DNA of 63,708 nt, counting the filler, from Aduncisulcus paluster (Eukaryota), in assembly GCA_024181965.1 (NCBI GenBank). It is 4 parts of 4 records of this genome, joined end to end, with 100 filler letters (N's around TTAATTAATTAA, not from the genome) between each part and the next. Parts side by side here need not be neighbours in the genome. Positions count along the whole stretch, not along the records: positions 1 to 20,745 come from BQXS01011365.1; 3 more parts are not named here. One strand, 5' to 3'. The notes under the pieces are model-generated. The model was given only the letters and a program-made list of their open reading frames with translations, did no database searches and was not told the origin of the DNA. Position numbers and translations under genes: made by a program. Each line of letters opens with the position of its first letter. Positions within the stretch are counted from its first letter, which is position 1. Of the stretch, positions 1-12,827 are shown piece after piece.

Positions 1-3000
1 CATACAAATGCATGACGGCTGGAATAACATCACAGGGTCGAAGAAACTTTGTGAGGAGAGTTCCATATTCGGAAATACACTTTCTCCATATACTCCTTAT
101 CATCTTTCGAGACACTTTGGGAACTTGGACATCAGTCACATTCGCTGACATTGAATAGTTTGCATTAAACATAGAGGAGGGCTGGGATGGGGAAGAGGAA
201 GAGGAGGAGGAGGAAGAACTCAATGAGGAACGTAGTTTGTTCATATATTGAGAGGAAGATGCGAGAGAGATAGATCCGCTCATTGTTGGAGTTACTGGGG
301 TAGACGGATGGCTCCTTCCAATAATACTCGCTGTTCTGGACGCTCGAGCTGAAGAGGTAGCGATGGATGCAATAGATTCATTGTACATGAATGTTTTACG
401 ACCAGATAGAACGGCATATGAATCAGGATCTCCATCTCGGATTTTCTTGAGTTTTGTGAGGAAATTTGCAAAGTGGATAAGATAAGAAGTGATGGAAGAT
501 GCATAAACGTCACAGAGATTAACCAATGCACGATGAGCAAAGGCGAAACGAGCACCGAGTGAGGCTAACTCAAAATATTTCGTCTTTGTTTTGTCAATGA
601 CTTCTCGCAAAGTTCGTGTTTTTTGCAACCGAGTAGAAGCTTGTTGAGCTTGATGTTGACTTTCTGCGAGTGTTTGAAGCACCTTGTCAGAGGATGAGAA
701 GAAATCGGAAGAACTTAGAATATCCAAGGTCTGTTTGTCTGCTTTTTCAAGAGCAAACTTATCGTTAATGATTTCTTGTTGTAATCGATCATCTCGAAGC
801 TGAAGGTCAGAGTGGAAGATGGAAACAATAATATTGAGGGCTCTTTGAACAACACTCTCGTAGACCACACCGAAATCTATAACAGAACATGTAGATCTAA
901 TAATAGATGGAATTTTAGCTGCATGGTGAGTTGTGATGAGGATCACATTGAAGCCACGGGCAACATTGATCACACCAACGGTCGGAAGTGTGAATGTGGG
1001 CTCGACGGATGACAAGGGAAGAAGATCTATTCCAAATCTATATTGACCTTCAATGGGTTTCTCTTTTGAAGATGAGAATATCGAAGATAATGAACCTGGA
1101 GGATTCTTTGGGGTCTGGCTACCTCTTCTTGGAGGTGTATGGGTGGATCCTTTCCGAGATGGGGTGTACCCTGAAGCTCCAGAGCCAGAGGCACCACCAC
1201 TCGTGTCAGATCCTGTCTTTATAATGGCAGAGGAGATGACACTCGCCGCTCGTGAAACAGGGGGCACATATCCACCCTTGAGTCCATTCTCGCATGGTCC
1301 TTCATTCTTGTTTAAGTACTGGAGAGCTGCCTCAAGAGGTTCAGGAATACGATCAGAAATGTCAGTGACAAGCAGAGTATGACCTCGTTTTGCAGTAATG
1401 GCGATATTGGCTTCAAGGTCATGGGAATGTACACTGACTACCGTAGTTGTGAGAGGTTGCAGATTGGTGATCAGATCTCGACAGATATCCTCAGGATCAC
1501 ATGCAATTACTCCACCGCCAGAGAGACCGACAGATAAAAGATTCATTTGTGCAAAGGTATCATCAGTGATTGACAACATGGCATCGGGCGGAGAGACAAA
1601 TTTCATAACATTCCTAATGAGACCTTTATGCTGTGAATGTCCATTCTCTGAGGCTTTCGGGACCTCTCCATTTTCAGCAGTATTGTGACCACCAAAATTC
1701 ATCAATGAATCGGGATGATCTCTCCACAATTCTTCAATGGTCTCACCAATGGAACTAATGTCCTCATCTTCAGAGGATTCTTCGGCATGTTCACCTAAAT
1801 CATCCATGGACATTGGCACAAATCCTCGTTGAGGCATCGTTGGAGTGATGCTCCTGTCTTTCTTTGAGATGGAGGTCTCGTGGGAGAGCAATGGAGTTGT
1901 ACTTCTGCTCCTGCTCCGGGAAGACTCCTGAAGTTTGTGTGTATCTGACGAAGAAGAGTGTGAATCTGAACTCTCATGTTGCTGATTAAGAGCATTGTTA
2001 TACTGAACATCGACAGTCTTTTGTTCCTCAACCTCTTCGTCTATTGCTGTAATGAATGAAGGCAACACGCTGAGTCCTATTTGTTTGACAATGTTGATAA
2101 TCTCATGGATGATTGAGAATCTGTGCATTGGGGGAAGCATCATCACGAGGGAGAAGATGGCAGCAGAAACGATACATGTTCCAGTCAAACATCTTTGTTC
2201 CTCAAGCTGTTTCTCAAGACGGTGTGTCCAGAGGGCTTTTTCACGAATGCAAGAAGAAACCAATTGTTCAGCTTTGGATCTCCGACGACGAGTGGAATCA
2301 ATTTCGTTGGCAAGTTCGATGAGTTCAAGATTCTTTCGCTCGACATCGGCTTGAAGTTGCTTGATTTTGACATCAAGTTCATCCACGTGACCTTCTTTCT
2401 CTTTAACTTGGGCAAGGGCAAGGGCATGTCGTTTTTCTGTTTCTTTGAGCTTCTTGAGCTTTGGCTTCACTTTTTTGAAGGCATAGTAGTATCTAATCAC
2501 AGCTTTAACCCATCTTCCAAGAGCTGCAGCGGCTGAAGAGGCTCTTAGCGCGGCTTCTGGTTGGAATTCATCACATTTTAGGTATTTTTCTACTTCGTTA
2601 ATGTGTTCTTGGGAAACTTCGTCAGTGTTGAAATTCTTTAATTTATGAAGGAATCGAGGCTCGCCCATAATCTTTTTCACTCCTCCCCACCCTCCTGCGG
2701 TTTCTTTGAATTTATCCCGGTACAAAAGCATGCACACGCTCTCGAGAATAACAACCACAGGTCGGGCAGGAGTCGTGAATGAACGAACCTCGTTGAAATT
2801 TGTTCTGTCCAAACCTTCAACAACTGCCTTCGCACCCTCAAGGGCAGGCATAATCTCTTTCAGTTCCTCTGAAGCGATGGCATGTTCTTCATCAATCTCC
2901 TCTTCGAGGAATCGAGCCTCGTTTCGCTCTTTCACTGAGGTTTCCTTCATAATAATCAATTGTTCTTTCTCCATGGCTAGACTACTCATTAGGATGGACA

Positions 3001-6000
3001 CTTCTTCACGGGCTGCATTCAATTGTGGCTCAAGCTCAATCAGTTCTTGCTTGGTCTTCTCCACAATGGTCTTTGCTGAGTGTATATGATCGATACCATT
3101 GTTGAGGGATGTAATTCTATCTTTCAAAGAAGAAAGCTTGGAGAATAATAAGTTCCCGAACAAGGAAATGAATCTACGGAGATCTGGCACAATTAATCCT
3201 ATTTCACTCTTCACAGATTCCATTTCTTTGGTCTTGACAAGGAAGAATATCCGAAGAATAGCTCGAACAATGTCATGTTCATCCGATTTAAATTGTTGGT
3301 AATACTCATCAAAACCTGCAATCTTTGTAATCATCGGATTGGAAGATGCGGAGGCATTGGGGATAAGCTCAATCCCACGGATCGGGGAGAGAGCAGTCGG
3401 GGCTGAAGAGTACTGGGTAAATGGGTCATTTTTGGACTCATTTGTATCGATGGCCGGCCTTCTTTTCACTTTAAGAGCCCTCGAGCTACCAATATTCAAG
3501 GCTCGTGGCTTTTTAATAAGACTTGGACGGAGAAGTTTAAGATCAGGAGAGGAGTTGTCTGGAGTATGAATAAGTGGAAGTGAACCAGCCATGGTTTTCT
3601 CACCTTCTTCTTCTTCTTGGTCAGTTTCATTTGATTCAGATTCTTCTTGCTCTTCAATATGTTTCATTTGAAGGAATTTGTCCAAAAACATTGTTGTCAA
3701 AGCCTCATTTCCCATCAATCTCCTAACGTCTCGTTGGCAAGTGGCTCTAATCACAGCGTCTGAAGGAGGAGATGCCCACAGCACACAGGCACGCATCCAA
3801 AGAGATGGAGCCATATCAATAGAACTCCTGATGAACGGTCGGTAGTGTGGAAGCAGGATAACGACTCTCAAATTCATGCGAACTCGGTCCGCGGCAAGGG
3901 CAAATAATCTGGTGGGAGTTGGTAGGATGTGCCGTTCCTTGGCAACTTCTCGAAGAGGGGCAAATACAATCCGTTCTTCCTCAGCTGGATCTTCAAAGAG
4001 GAATGGGAAAGAACCTTCGGTGAAAAGAGACTCAAACTCACCCAAAAGTCCCAGATTTCCACTTAAAGCGTGCACAAACAATACACCCTTATCGCCTCGA
4101 ACTCCACATGACACAACTATATCCTTCATGCTCTCTCTAAAGTGAAGAGCAGTGTTACGAATACTTGTTGCGAAGAAACGAGCTCCACACAAAACTGAAG
4201 CGGCTTGAACAATAGACTGAGAGACGGCTCCTTCTTGAGCACAGATGAGAAGAGGTTTTTGAGGAACTTCAATACATGATAAAATATATGAGAAAATGGC
4301 AGAATTCGTTAGATCGCATTCTTTCTTGCAAAATGACGATTTCGTCGAGGAGTGGGCCAGTTTCTTCGATACATAATCACGAGCAGCAGAGAACAACAGA
4401 GGGAGATCGAGAACATGGACTATTCCAACCTTCATGCTTTGTTCAAAAGTCTTGGCAGCAGCTGTGAAGGAAGCAGAAGCAACACTATCTTCGCTTAATT
4501 GCTCATCAATGACTGAAGACGAAGAAGCTTTACGATCACGTTGAATTCGAAGTGTTTCGGCTCTGACAATGTTCAACGCTTCAACAGGAGTCTTTGGTTG
4601 ACTCGTCTCAGTGGATTCACTAGATTGAGATCCAACATTAGGATTAGTATCGGACTCGTCTTCTTTCTTCTCCTCGTCGGGAATCTGGAAACTTCGATCA
4701 ACTTGAATAGAATCTTCGGAATATTCGAATAATTCCTCATCTCCTTCCATAATATCGTTCAATGGTCCTGAAAGACCACTCGCTCTTCTCTTTTGTTGCT
4801 TACTGGTCTCCAACAATCCAGATACTTCTTCTTCATCAAACGGAAGAACAGAGGCTGAGATAGAAATGAATGGGGCTGCAACTCTGAAACCAATTGAACT
4901 AAGAAGATACTCGGCACCAATTTCATCCTGGGTCACCGTGGCAATGGTATCACGTGGGGTATCTTCGAATCTAAATCGTCTACGAGAAATGGTATCCTGA
5001 GCCATGGATTTTGTAGCATTTAACCGTTCAAGACTGTTATTACTCCCGGCAATCCGAAGCTTTTTCTTGTGCTTCAACATAGGAATTCCAGATGTCTCTA
5101 AGGAAGGAGAACGAACTCTTGACAGAGCTGAAGCCAGAGACTCTCCTTCAGTTCTACGAGGAGACACAATGGCCACACTTGATCGTCTTGCAGAATTACT
5201 TGAAGGAAGAGGCATTGTATCGGGAAGAACAACGGATGTTGTCCCCTTGAGCAGATTCTCAACCTTGTCTTCTCTTTTAAGAGATGATGATTTCTTTTTC
5301 CCACTCATCAGTTCGGCTGTCTTCAAGTCAGTCATTCCAGGGACATCTTCTGCAACACGAGAGAATATCTCGTCATATATAGTACCGTGAGAGAATGTAA
5401 TCAAACGCTGACGAATAACACTTCTAAGTTCATGAGTCCACGCACGGACGACACGACGAGTATGAACGGCAGCCTTTTTCGACAGAGAAGCTGTCAAGAC
5501 AATATCATGCATGTAGAACTGATCTTTTCGAAGGAGCAGTTGGTGTGGATCATGAGACCTTGCCAACAAGGCTGGAGGGATATTGGAGAAAGAACCGTTC
5601 ACGGGAAGACTGCCTTTCCTCTCTCGAGCACCCAATTCGTCTTGGGACACGGGATAAGACGGAATCTTTCGTTTCTGGGAGTAATGGGAGATGCCAGGAG
5701 ATGTTGGAGAGAGCTGGAAGGTCTTTGCCAACATCTTTTGGGCTTGATTCATGGGGGAAGAGTGTGATGGAGTTGACATGACACCATCTGGACTTTCAAG
5801 ATCTTGGCCATTGTCATTTGAGGAATTATCTTGGGGCATAATTTTCACTTTCTCCGATGTCTTGTCGATCTGCATGGTTATTTTAAGTCGAGATTGGGGA
5901 GGTTCTCCAACAATTGCTCTCTGGTCGAGTCTAAACAAACCCTTGAAGACCTGGACAAGAGTATGAGAATTGTAGATATAATGAGGACACGAAGGAAGAG

Positions 6001-8604
6001 GAGGAAGACATTCAGATAGTTCGTTCATGAATGTTATAGAGGCTGATATGATGGGATCTATGAGGTGATTGAGATGATCAAAACCACGGAAGAACAACCA
6101 TTGATCGAAATAATGCGAGAAAATACGTTTAAGAGTCGAAAATGAAGGTGTAGATACACGGAATGAACCACATTTCCCTTTCATTCTATCTTCAAACTTT
6201 CCTCTACTTCCAGAAATAAACAACATATTAATACCATGGACATGAGCGAGATTAACGGATTTATCTTCTTCACGGATATATACAACACCATGGTCAACAA
6301 GGACTCGTAGCCCATCGACACAAGGAACAGAATGCGCCTTCCCTTTGCTTGATATCGATATGACATCTCCTCCATCTCCTTGGGAGTACATAGCACTCAG
6401 TTTGTCAATTTCAGAACTATGAGTAATAGATTCATCAAAGTTCAGGTCGGATGAAGTAGGGTTATATTTGGATAAATTAAGAGAGGGTAAAGTTGCATCT
6501 TCGACTTTCAAAAGAGTCGACACATTGTCTTCTTGCAAAGGTTTGAGCACAATAATGCTTGCTTTGTCTCGTTTAAAGGAAGTCCTCTCCAGACCAGCCT
6601 TGAATAGAGAGGAAGAGAACTCTGACACATCTGTCTTGGCACGCATTGTCACAACAATGGAGGGATCACTGAAGGTCTCAGAGGCAACAGTAGGTTGGCG
6701 GGCAGATGGAATCGAGAGACGGCCAGAATCATGAGAATGGCTATCGTGATGGCTGGAGTCACTTACCTTGGATGTGTCGATGGGTATAGGATTGAGGGAA
6801 TAGGAATGGAGGCTATCCATACCATCAGCTTGATCAATTCCACGTGATTGGGGTGTTCCACCTTGTACCATAGAGGGAACGGAGAGCATGGGGGCTGAAT
6901 TCTGGTTAGAGTAAAGCTGCGCCATGCTACCATGTTGAGAGAGAGACTTGAGGGATGCTTCATTCGATCCAGCCCTGGAGCCTAGATGTGATGGAGGTTT
7001 GCTGTCTGAATCGCCAACAATAACACTTGCACGACGAGCATGAGTCACAAAACTCGAAGCAGTCGATTGTGCCCCGTCTTTGGTGTTATTATTCATAATT
7101 TCTCGGACATGTGCAGACTCACGGCCAGATGCTGTAAACCACTCAAAATCTCCTAGACGAACAGCAGGAGTCATGCAAGTGATTGTGGTATCATCTTCAT
7201 AGGATTGCAGTCTTCCTTGATTGAAAATCGACGAGAGTCCTTGGATTTTACCAGTGGATGATGATGGGGATGATTGAACGGAGGCGGTAGAGGGATTCCT
7301 GCTCATTTGTATGGAAGAATCAGAGGGAATTGTTGATAGTTGGGGAGGAATATCGGGAATAGAGGCTTCTCTTTCGATGTGAGGGAGGGAAGTTGTCGGA
7401 CTGGCAGGTGACAGCTGGCCAAGCATTGATGTAGATCCCGTTTTCTCGAGTGTGTCAGGAATAATTTCAGCCTCACTATTGTGTTCTTCGTCAACAACGA
7501 TTTGATGGAGTAGCTGAAGTTCTTCCGCCTCTAATTTCTTTTCAACTAATTCTTGAGCATGTTTTTGTGCATTCCTTCCAACGAGACTCTTTCCACTGCA
7601 AGGATCTCCTGTGATTAGCATTGGAAATCCATGAAACATCATTAAACCAGTGAGGGTAGAAATAGCAAGGCTGCTCGGAGTTGGGACAAAGAACGAAGAG
7701 AGACTCTCAAAATCTGTGATCGGGGGATTGTCACCAATATTGTCCTCCCAACGAACAAAGGTTCGTTTCTTGAGGCTAAACACATATTCATGAATGGCTC
7801 CTCCAGGTGGTAGTGAGGTCACAGGGCGCGTTGAGTGGATACGTCGGAGATTATCACTCATGATAGCTTGTCCTTCCTCTCGAGCAGATCCTCCATAACT
7901 CCATGCAAGTGAGAATATGAAATGTGCTCCAAGGGACTTGAGAAACACACTTGCAGACATTTTTTTGCTTGTTTTTACATACTCAAGAAGGTCAGCATCA
8001 ACACTGAGGATAGCTGCAAATATTCTAAAGAACAGGAACAGACCATTCACTGGGATCTCCTCGCCGGGAATATTGAGATCTTGAGCATCAGTATGCTCAC
8101 TTCCAGGAGCATATGAAGTCGAGGAGAGTGCGGGGAATATTTTGTTTAGATCGCCATGACCACGTCTGACGCTTGCGTTTGATCGATACGATGATCCGGG
8201 AGAACGGTTACGGTGAGAGATAGAGGCTCGACGGTGGGTATGATATGTGCTCAACGTTGTCTTGTGGGTGAGAGTATCAGACGTGGGATCTTTAAATTGG
8301 GAACGTTCGGTGGAAGCCTGTAAAGAATAGCAACTACCGGTTGTGAAATTTTCGAGGATGGGTAGATAATGAGAGAACCACACAGAAAGAGTGGATGAGA
8401 ATTGTTCAAAGTTACTTCCCTTGCTAATGTTGAGACTTTCTGAGAGTTTGTTTATGAACACAGATCCCTTTTCAGTGTAATCAACAGTATCGTGGGACAT
8501 ATATACCACACTCATTCGTGACAAGGTTGAAGGTGTTGCTTGAGAAGTATCAGTTGTCTCTATTATAAAACGGATATCTTCCGGAATAGATAATGTCTCG
8601 CCGG
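1..8604 (-). CDS. Dynein heavy chain, 3' segment (AAA3, AAA4, stalk/MTBD, AAA5, strut); runs off the window start
   Basis: Absent from the ORF track, consistent with no stop inside the window. Spot translation in one frame gives AAA3 GDPCSGKSL (~7583-7609), stalk/MTBD MPALEGAKAVVEGLDRTNFNEVRSF...WGGVKKIM...LGRWVKAV (~2490-2860) and a strut region YFELASLGARF (~545-575). I did not read every codon. Confidence 0.88.
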
Positions 8605-8624
8605 NNNNNNNNNNNNNNNNNNNN

Positions 8625-11600
8625 GGTGGAAGCCTGTAAAGAATAGCAACTACCGGTTGTGAAATTTTCGAGGATGGGTAGATAATGAGAGAACCACACA
8701 GAAAGAGTGGATGAGAATTGTTCAAAGTTACTTCCCTTGCTAATGTTGAGACTTTCTGAGAGTTTGTTTATGAACACAGATCCCTTTTCAGTGTAATCAA
8801 CAGTATCGTGGGACATATATACCACACTCATTCGTGACAAGGTTGAAGGTGTTGCTTGAGAAGTATCAGTTGTCTCTATTATAAAACGGATATCTTCCGG
8901 AATAGATAATGTCTCGCCGGAAGCAAGCGATAAGGTCCGAGTATCATCAAATAAACTGTTCAAACTCTCAGCCCATTCACTATTAAGATCACCATCGAAC
9001 ACAACCCAAAGATCTGAATGAATTGGAACACTGTCGGCATGATTCTGAATACGGCTTCGAATGATTCGTGTGAGCACTCCATCAGTCCATTTCCCTGAAG
9101 TAAGATCAAGTGTTCCACAGAGCTCTCCAGATGAGAGGAGAGAGGGGTATATTCTCTTAATAGTGGGGGGGATAGACTGAACTTCTTGCTTTGGATGTTC
9201 TTTCCGCTTTAGGAGTCGCATAAGCAACCCTTTGGTCCGATTCATGAATCCCTTTGACTTGGGTTGATTCGGTTCGGATAATGAAGATCCGATCATCTTT
9301 GGAACCTCAGAAGTGCTCTTATGTTCAATAGGCTTGCGTGCAAGGGCATGAGCAGCTGCATCTATCAGAGTTGTCTTTCCACAGTTGGAAGGACCCACAA
9401 TGACTACAGATGCTGAATTGATTCGTTGGATAACTTGAATACCTTTCTCAAGGAACTTTGGAGAAGGATTTAACTGTAATGTATCAGATAAATAGACACT
9501 TAACTTGATTTTATGGTCTTCTCGCCATTTTGATTGCTGCTTCATAATGTTCTGCTCTAATTGCTCCTTAAACCCAGCCCCTGTCCTCATCTGTGGGAGA
9601 GCTGTTGATATTTGTGACATATGTGAGAAAGAAGCAACAGAACGACCTGAAAATGATGAAACTGACTGCTCATCATCATTGTCTGGAAGGTTATATCCAC
9701 TAGCAACACTCTTGCTGGCTCTACGCCGAGCAGTGAATGGACCACCAATGATGATGGGTTCACCTGACCCGAAGACATCCTCCACACAACGTCTGACAAT
9801 GGTCACCTCACTCGCAGAGAGTTGGGTTGTCACAGAATCCATGATAGCCTGGAATAGGATCTGTTGTTCGTTTCTGGCTTCTTCATTCTCTCGCTGAGTG
9901 ATGGCACCGGCTGAAAGCGTAGAGAATGACCGTTTATGTCCACCATGACCGGATGATCCTTTTGGAGCTGTTGCAGTGAACTCATAGTCCGACAACTCAT
10001 GGTCCTGCTTCGATTGAAGCTTGAGAGTGGGCAAATTATGTGAAAAAGAGATTGGTGGGATCAGAGATGAACTACTTGGACGTGATTTGATCCCAGGATG
10101 ATCGATTCTCTCCGTCACAGTTGTGGGAATCGGTATCATCTTACTCTGGTTTGTGCTCTGATCAGAGGATTCAGTGAAGGTACTTTGTTCCTTTTCATGC
10201 TCTTTTTCAAGGTCTCTGGACAAAAGCAATTCTCTTTCCCTAAGTTTCTCGAGTTCTTCTTCTTCTTTTGCCTTGTCTTCGCGATACAGTCTTAGATCCT
10301 GACCGGCCATTGTAGCAATTGTTCTAACTGTTCGAAGACTCAAAAACACCCCACACTGAAGGGAAATTACTTGCAAACTGATTGATGTAATGTTACCAAG
10401 TTTCTTGCAATTTGTAAACCCTTCAATGAGGAGCAGATGTTCAGCAATAACACAGATGTCTGGCTCTACGATATGAGAAAGGCGGAACATGGGAGCAATC
10501 GATTGTGGGAGGGATTTTATCGTGGATTTGGTGGCAGACATCTCCAAAGAATAAAGAGGAAGATGTGAATTCTTCATTTGGTGTTTTGAATTGCCTCCAC
10601 TACCTCCAACTGAGGTTGAAAAAGCTGAGAAAGTGTTCGGATTGATTGTTGCAAAGAAAGCTGGAGGAGGCGTTGGAATACCTATCTTTGGATTCTTAGC
10701 GATAATTGAGACTCCAGACTCGGTCACGAATGATGACATGTCAATCACTCCACTGCCTGACCTCACAGCTGACTGAACGGTCAATATATGCTGAGCAAGC
10801 ACCGAGAGAACCTCTGCAGAGAGACGAGTGACTTCATCGAAAATACCAATACTTCCGATACGAACAATTCCACATACGATTCTGCCAATTGTGTCTAAAG
10901 TTAGATTTGAGAAACAATTAACTCTATAATAATGTCTTCCAAGCATATAAGCGAGTTCAAGTGTAGTTTCTGTCTTTCCAACACCACTACTTCCACTCAA
11001 TCCACCTGCACAAATCGAATCAAGGGCGGTCAACATCGTGATACATGAACGCTCGGTGAGGGGAGAGATACAGAGTCTTCTGCGACTCCCAAGGAATTCA
11101 TAGCCATACTTTGCACTCACACCGCCAGCCTCGAGGAATACATTCCCTTGTTCGGTAACAACTGTTTTTAGATGTGATTCCCATATAAATGGATTGAAAC
11201 TGAGATGATCTTCATCGTACATGTAAATAACTCCCTTGTTTATCTTTCGCTTCTTGTCTTTCATGTTTTCCATAGAGTCAGAGAAAAGAACATTCGACTT
11301 TTCCTCAAATGAAGATTCCGGAATTTCGAGGAACTTTGATATGATATTTCGTTCATAAACAAGCTCGTTCATGACATTAGTGATACTTTGACGATCTCTC
11401 GGAGTCATTGGCTTTGCTGGCTTGGCTTTTTCCTCAATCTCATCACCATCTTCGGCTTTATCTGACATATCCGACAACTCTTCATTCTCTTCTGTCTCTT
11501 GAGACTCTTCAGAGGAGTCAGATTCGGATTCGGAAAGGGAAAAATCCTCTTGTCTACGTTTCTTGCGGACATGTTTCATCTTCTTGTGAATAATACGGCC

Positions 11601-11690
11601 CAATTTCTTTGCTGAAAGTGTTTTTTCTGGCTTTTTCTTACTTGTTCCTGCCTCATCTCGAGCAATTTGTTGTTCTTGTCGCTTCTTCAT
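8625..11690 (-). CDS. Dynein heavy chain, middle segment (AAA1-AAA2)
   Basis: YGYEFLG..RLCISPLTER, Walker A GSSGVGKTET, Walker B FDEVTRL, AAA2 GPSNCGKTT, WTDGVL, WVVFDGD..WAESLNSLFDD..L.LASGE. Confidence 0.93.
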
Positions 11691-12827
11691 CTTTTGCTTA
11701 GATGATCTTCATCGTACATGTAAATAACTCCCTTGTTTATCTTTCGCTTCTTGTCTTTCATGTTTTCCATAGAGTCAGAGAAAAGAACATTCGACTTTTC
11801 CTCAAATGAAGATTCCGGAATTTCGAGGAACTTTGATATGATATTTCGTTCATAAACAAGCTCGTTCATGACATTAGTGATACTTTGACGATCTCTCGGA
11901 GTCATTGGCTTTGCTGGCTTGGCTTTTTCCTCAATCTCCTCACCATCTTCGGCTTTATCTGACATATCCGACAACTCTTCATTCTCTTCTGTCTCTTGAG
12001 ACTCTTCAGAGGAGTCAGATTCGGATTCGGAAAGGGAAAAATCCTCTTGTCTACGTTTCTTGCGGACATGTTTCATCTTCTTGTGAATAATACGGCCCAA
12101 TTTCTTTGCTGAAAGTGTTTTTTCTGGCTTTTTCTTACTTGTTCCTGCCTCATCTCGAGCAATTTGTTGTTCTTGTCGCTTCTTCTTCATCGTACATGTA
12201 AATAACTCCCTTGTTTATCTTTCGCTTCTTGTCTTTCATGTTTTCCATAGAGTCAGAGAAAAGAACATTCGACTTTTCCTCAAATGAAGATTCCGGAATT
12301 TCGAGGAACTTTGATATGATATTTCGTTCATAAAGATCTTCATCGTACATGTAAATAACTCCCTTGTTTATCTTTCGCTTCTTGTCTTTCATGTTTTCCA
12401 TAGAGTCAGAGAAAAGAACATTCGACTTTTCCTCAAATGAAGATTCCGGAATTTCGAGGAACTTTGATATGATATTTCGTTCATAAACAAGCTCGTTCAT
12501 GACATTAGTGATACTTTGACGATCTCTCGGAGTCATTGGCTTTGCTGGCTTGGCTTTTTCCTCAATCTCATCACCATCTTCGGCTTTATCTGACATATCC
12601 GACAACTCTTCATTCTCTTCTGTCTCTTGAGACTCTTCAGAGGAGTCAGATTCGGATTCGGAAAGGGAAAAATCCTCTTGTCTACGTTTCTTGCGGACAT
12701 GTTTCATCTTCTTGTGAATAATACGGCCCAATTTCTTTGCTGAAAGTGTTTTTTCTGGCTTTTTCTTACTTGTTCCTGCCTCATCTCGAGCAATTTGTTG
12801 TTCTTGTCGCTTCTTCATCTTTTGCTT
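11203..12827. repeat. Tandem ~497-bp repeat inside the dynein CDS (three near-full copies plus a ~150-bp partial copy); probable misassembly
   Basis: 11203..11699 recurs at offsets +497 and +1128, with a partial copy at ~12184..12334. One substitution seen (11442 A vs 11939 C). Confidence 0.9.

Noticed and set aside
292-8116. Numerous short ORFs on both strands
   Set aside because: Antisense or alternate-frame shadows of the dynein CDS.
11687-12190. 167-aa ORF as a separate gene, or programmed frameshifting in dynein
   Set aside because: It is a redundant copy of dynein sequence; deleting 1128 bp restores a single frame.
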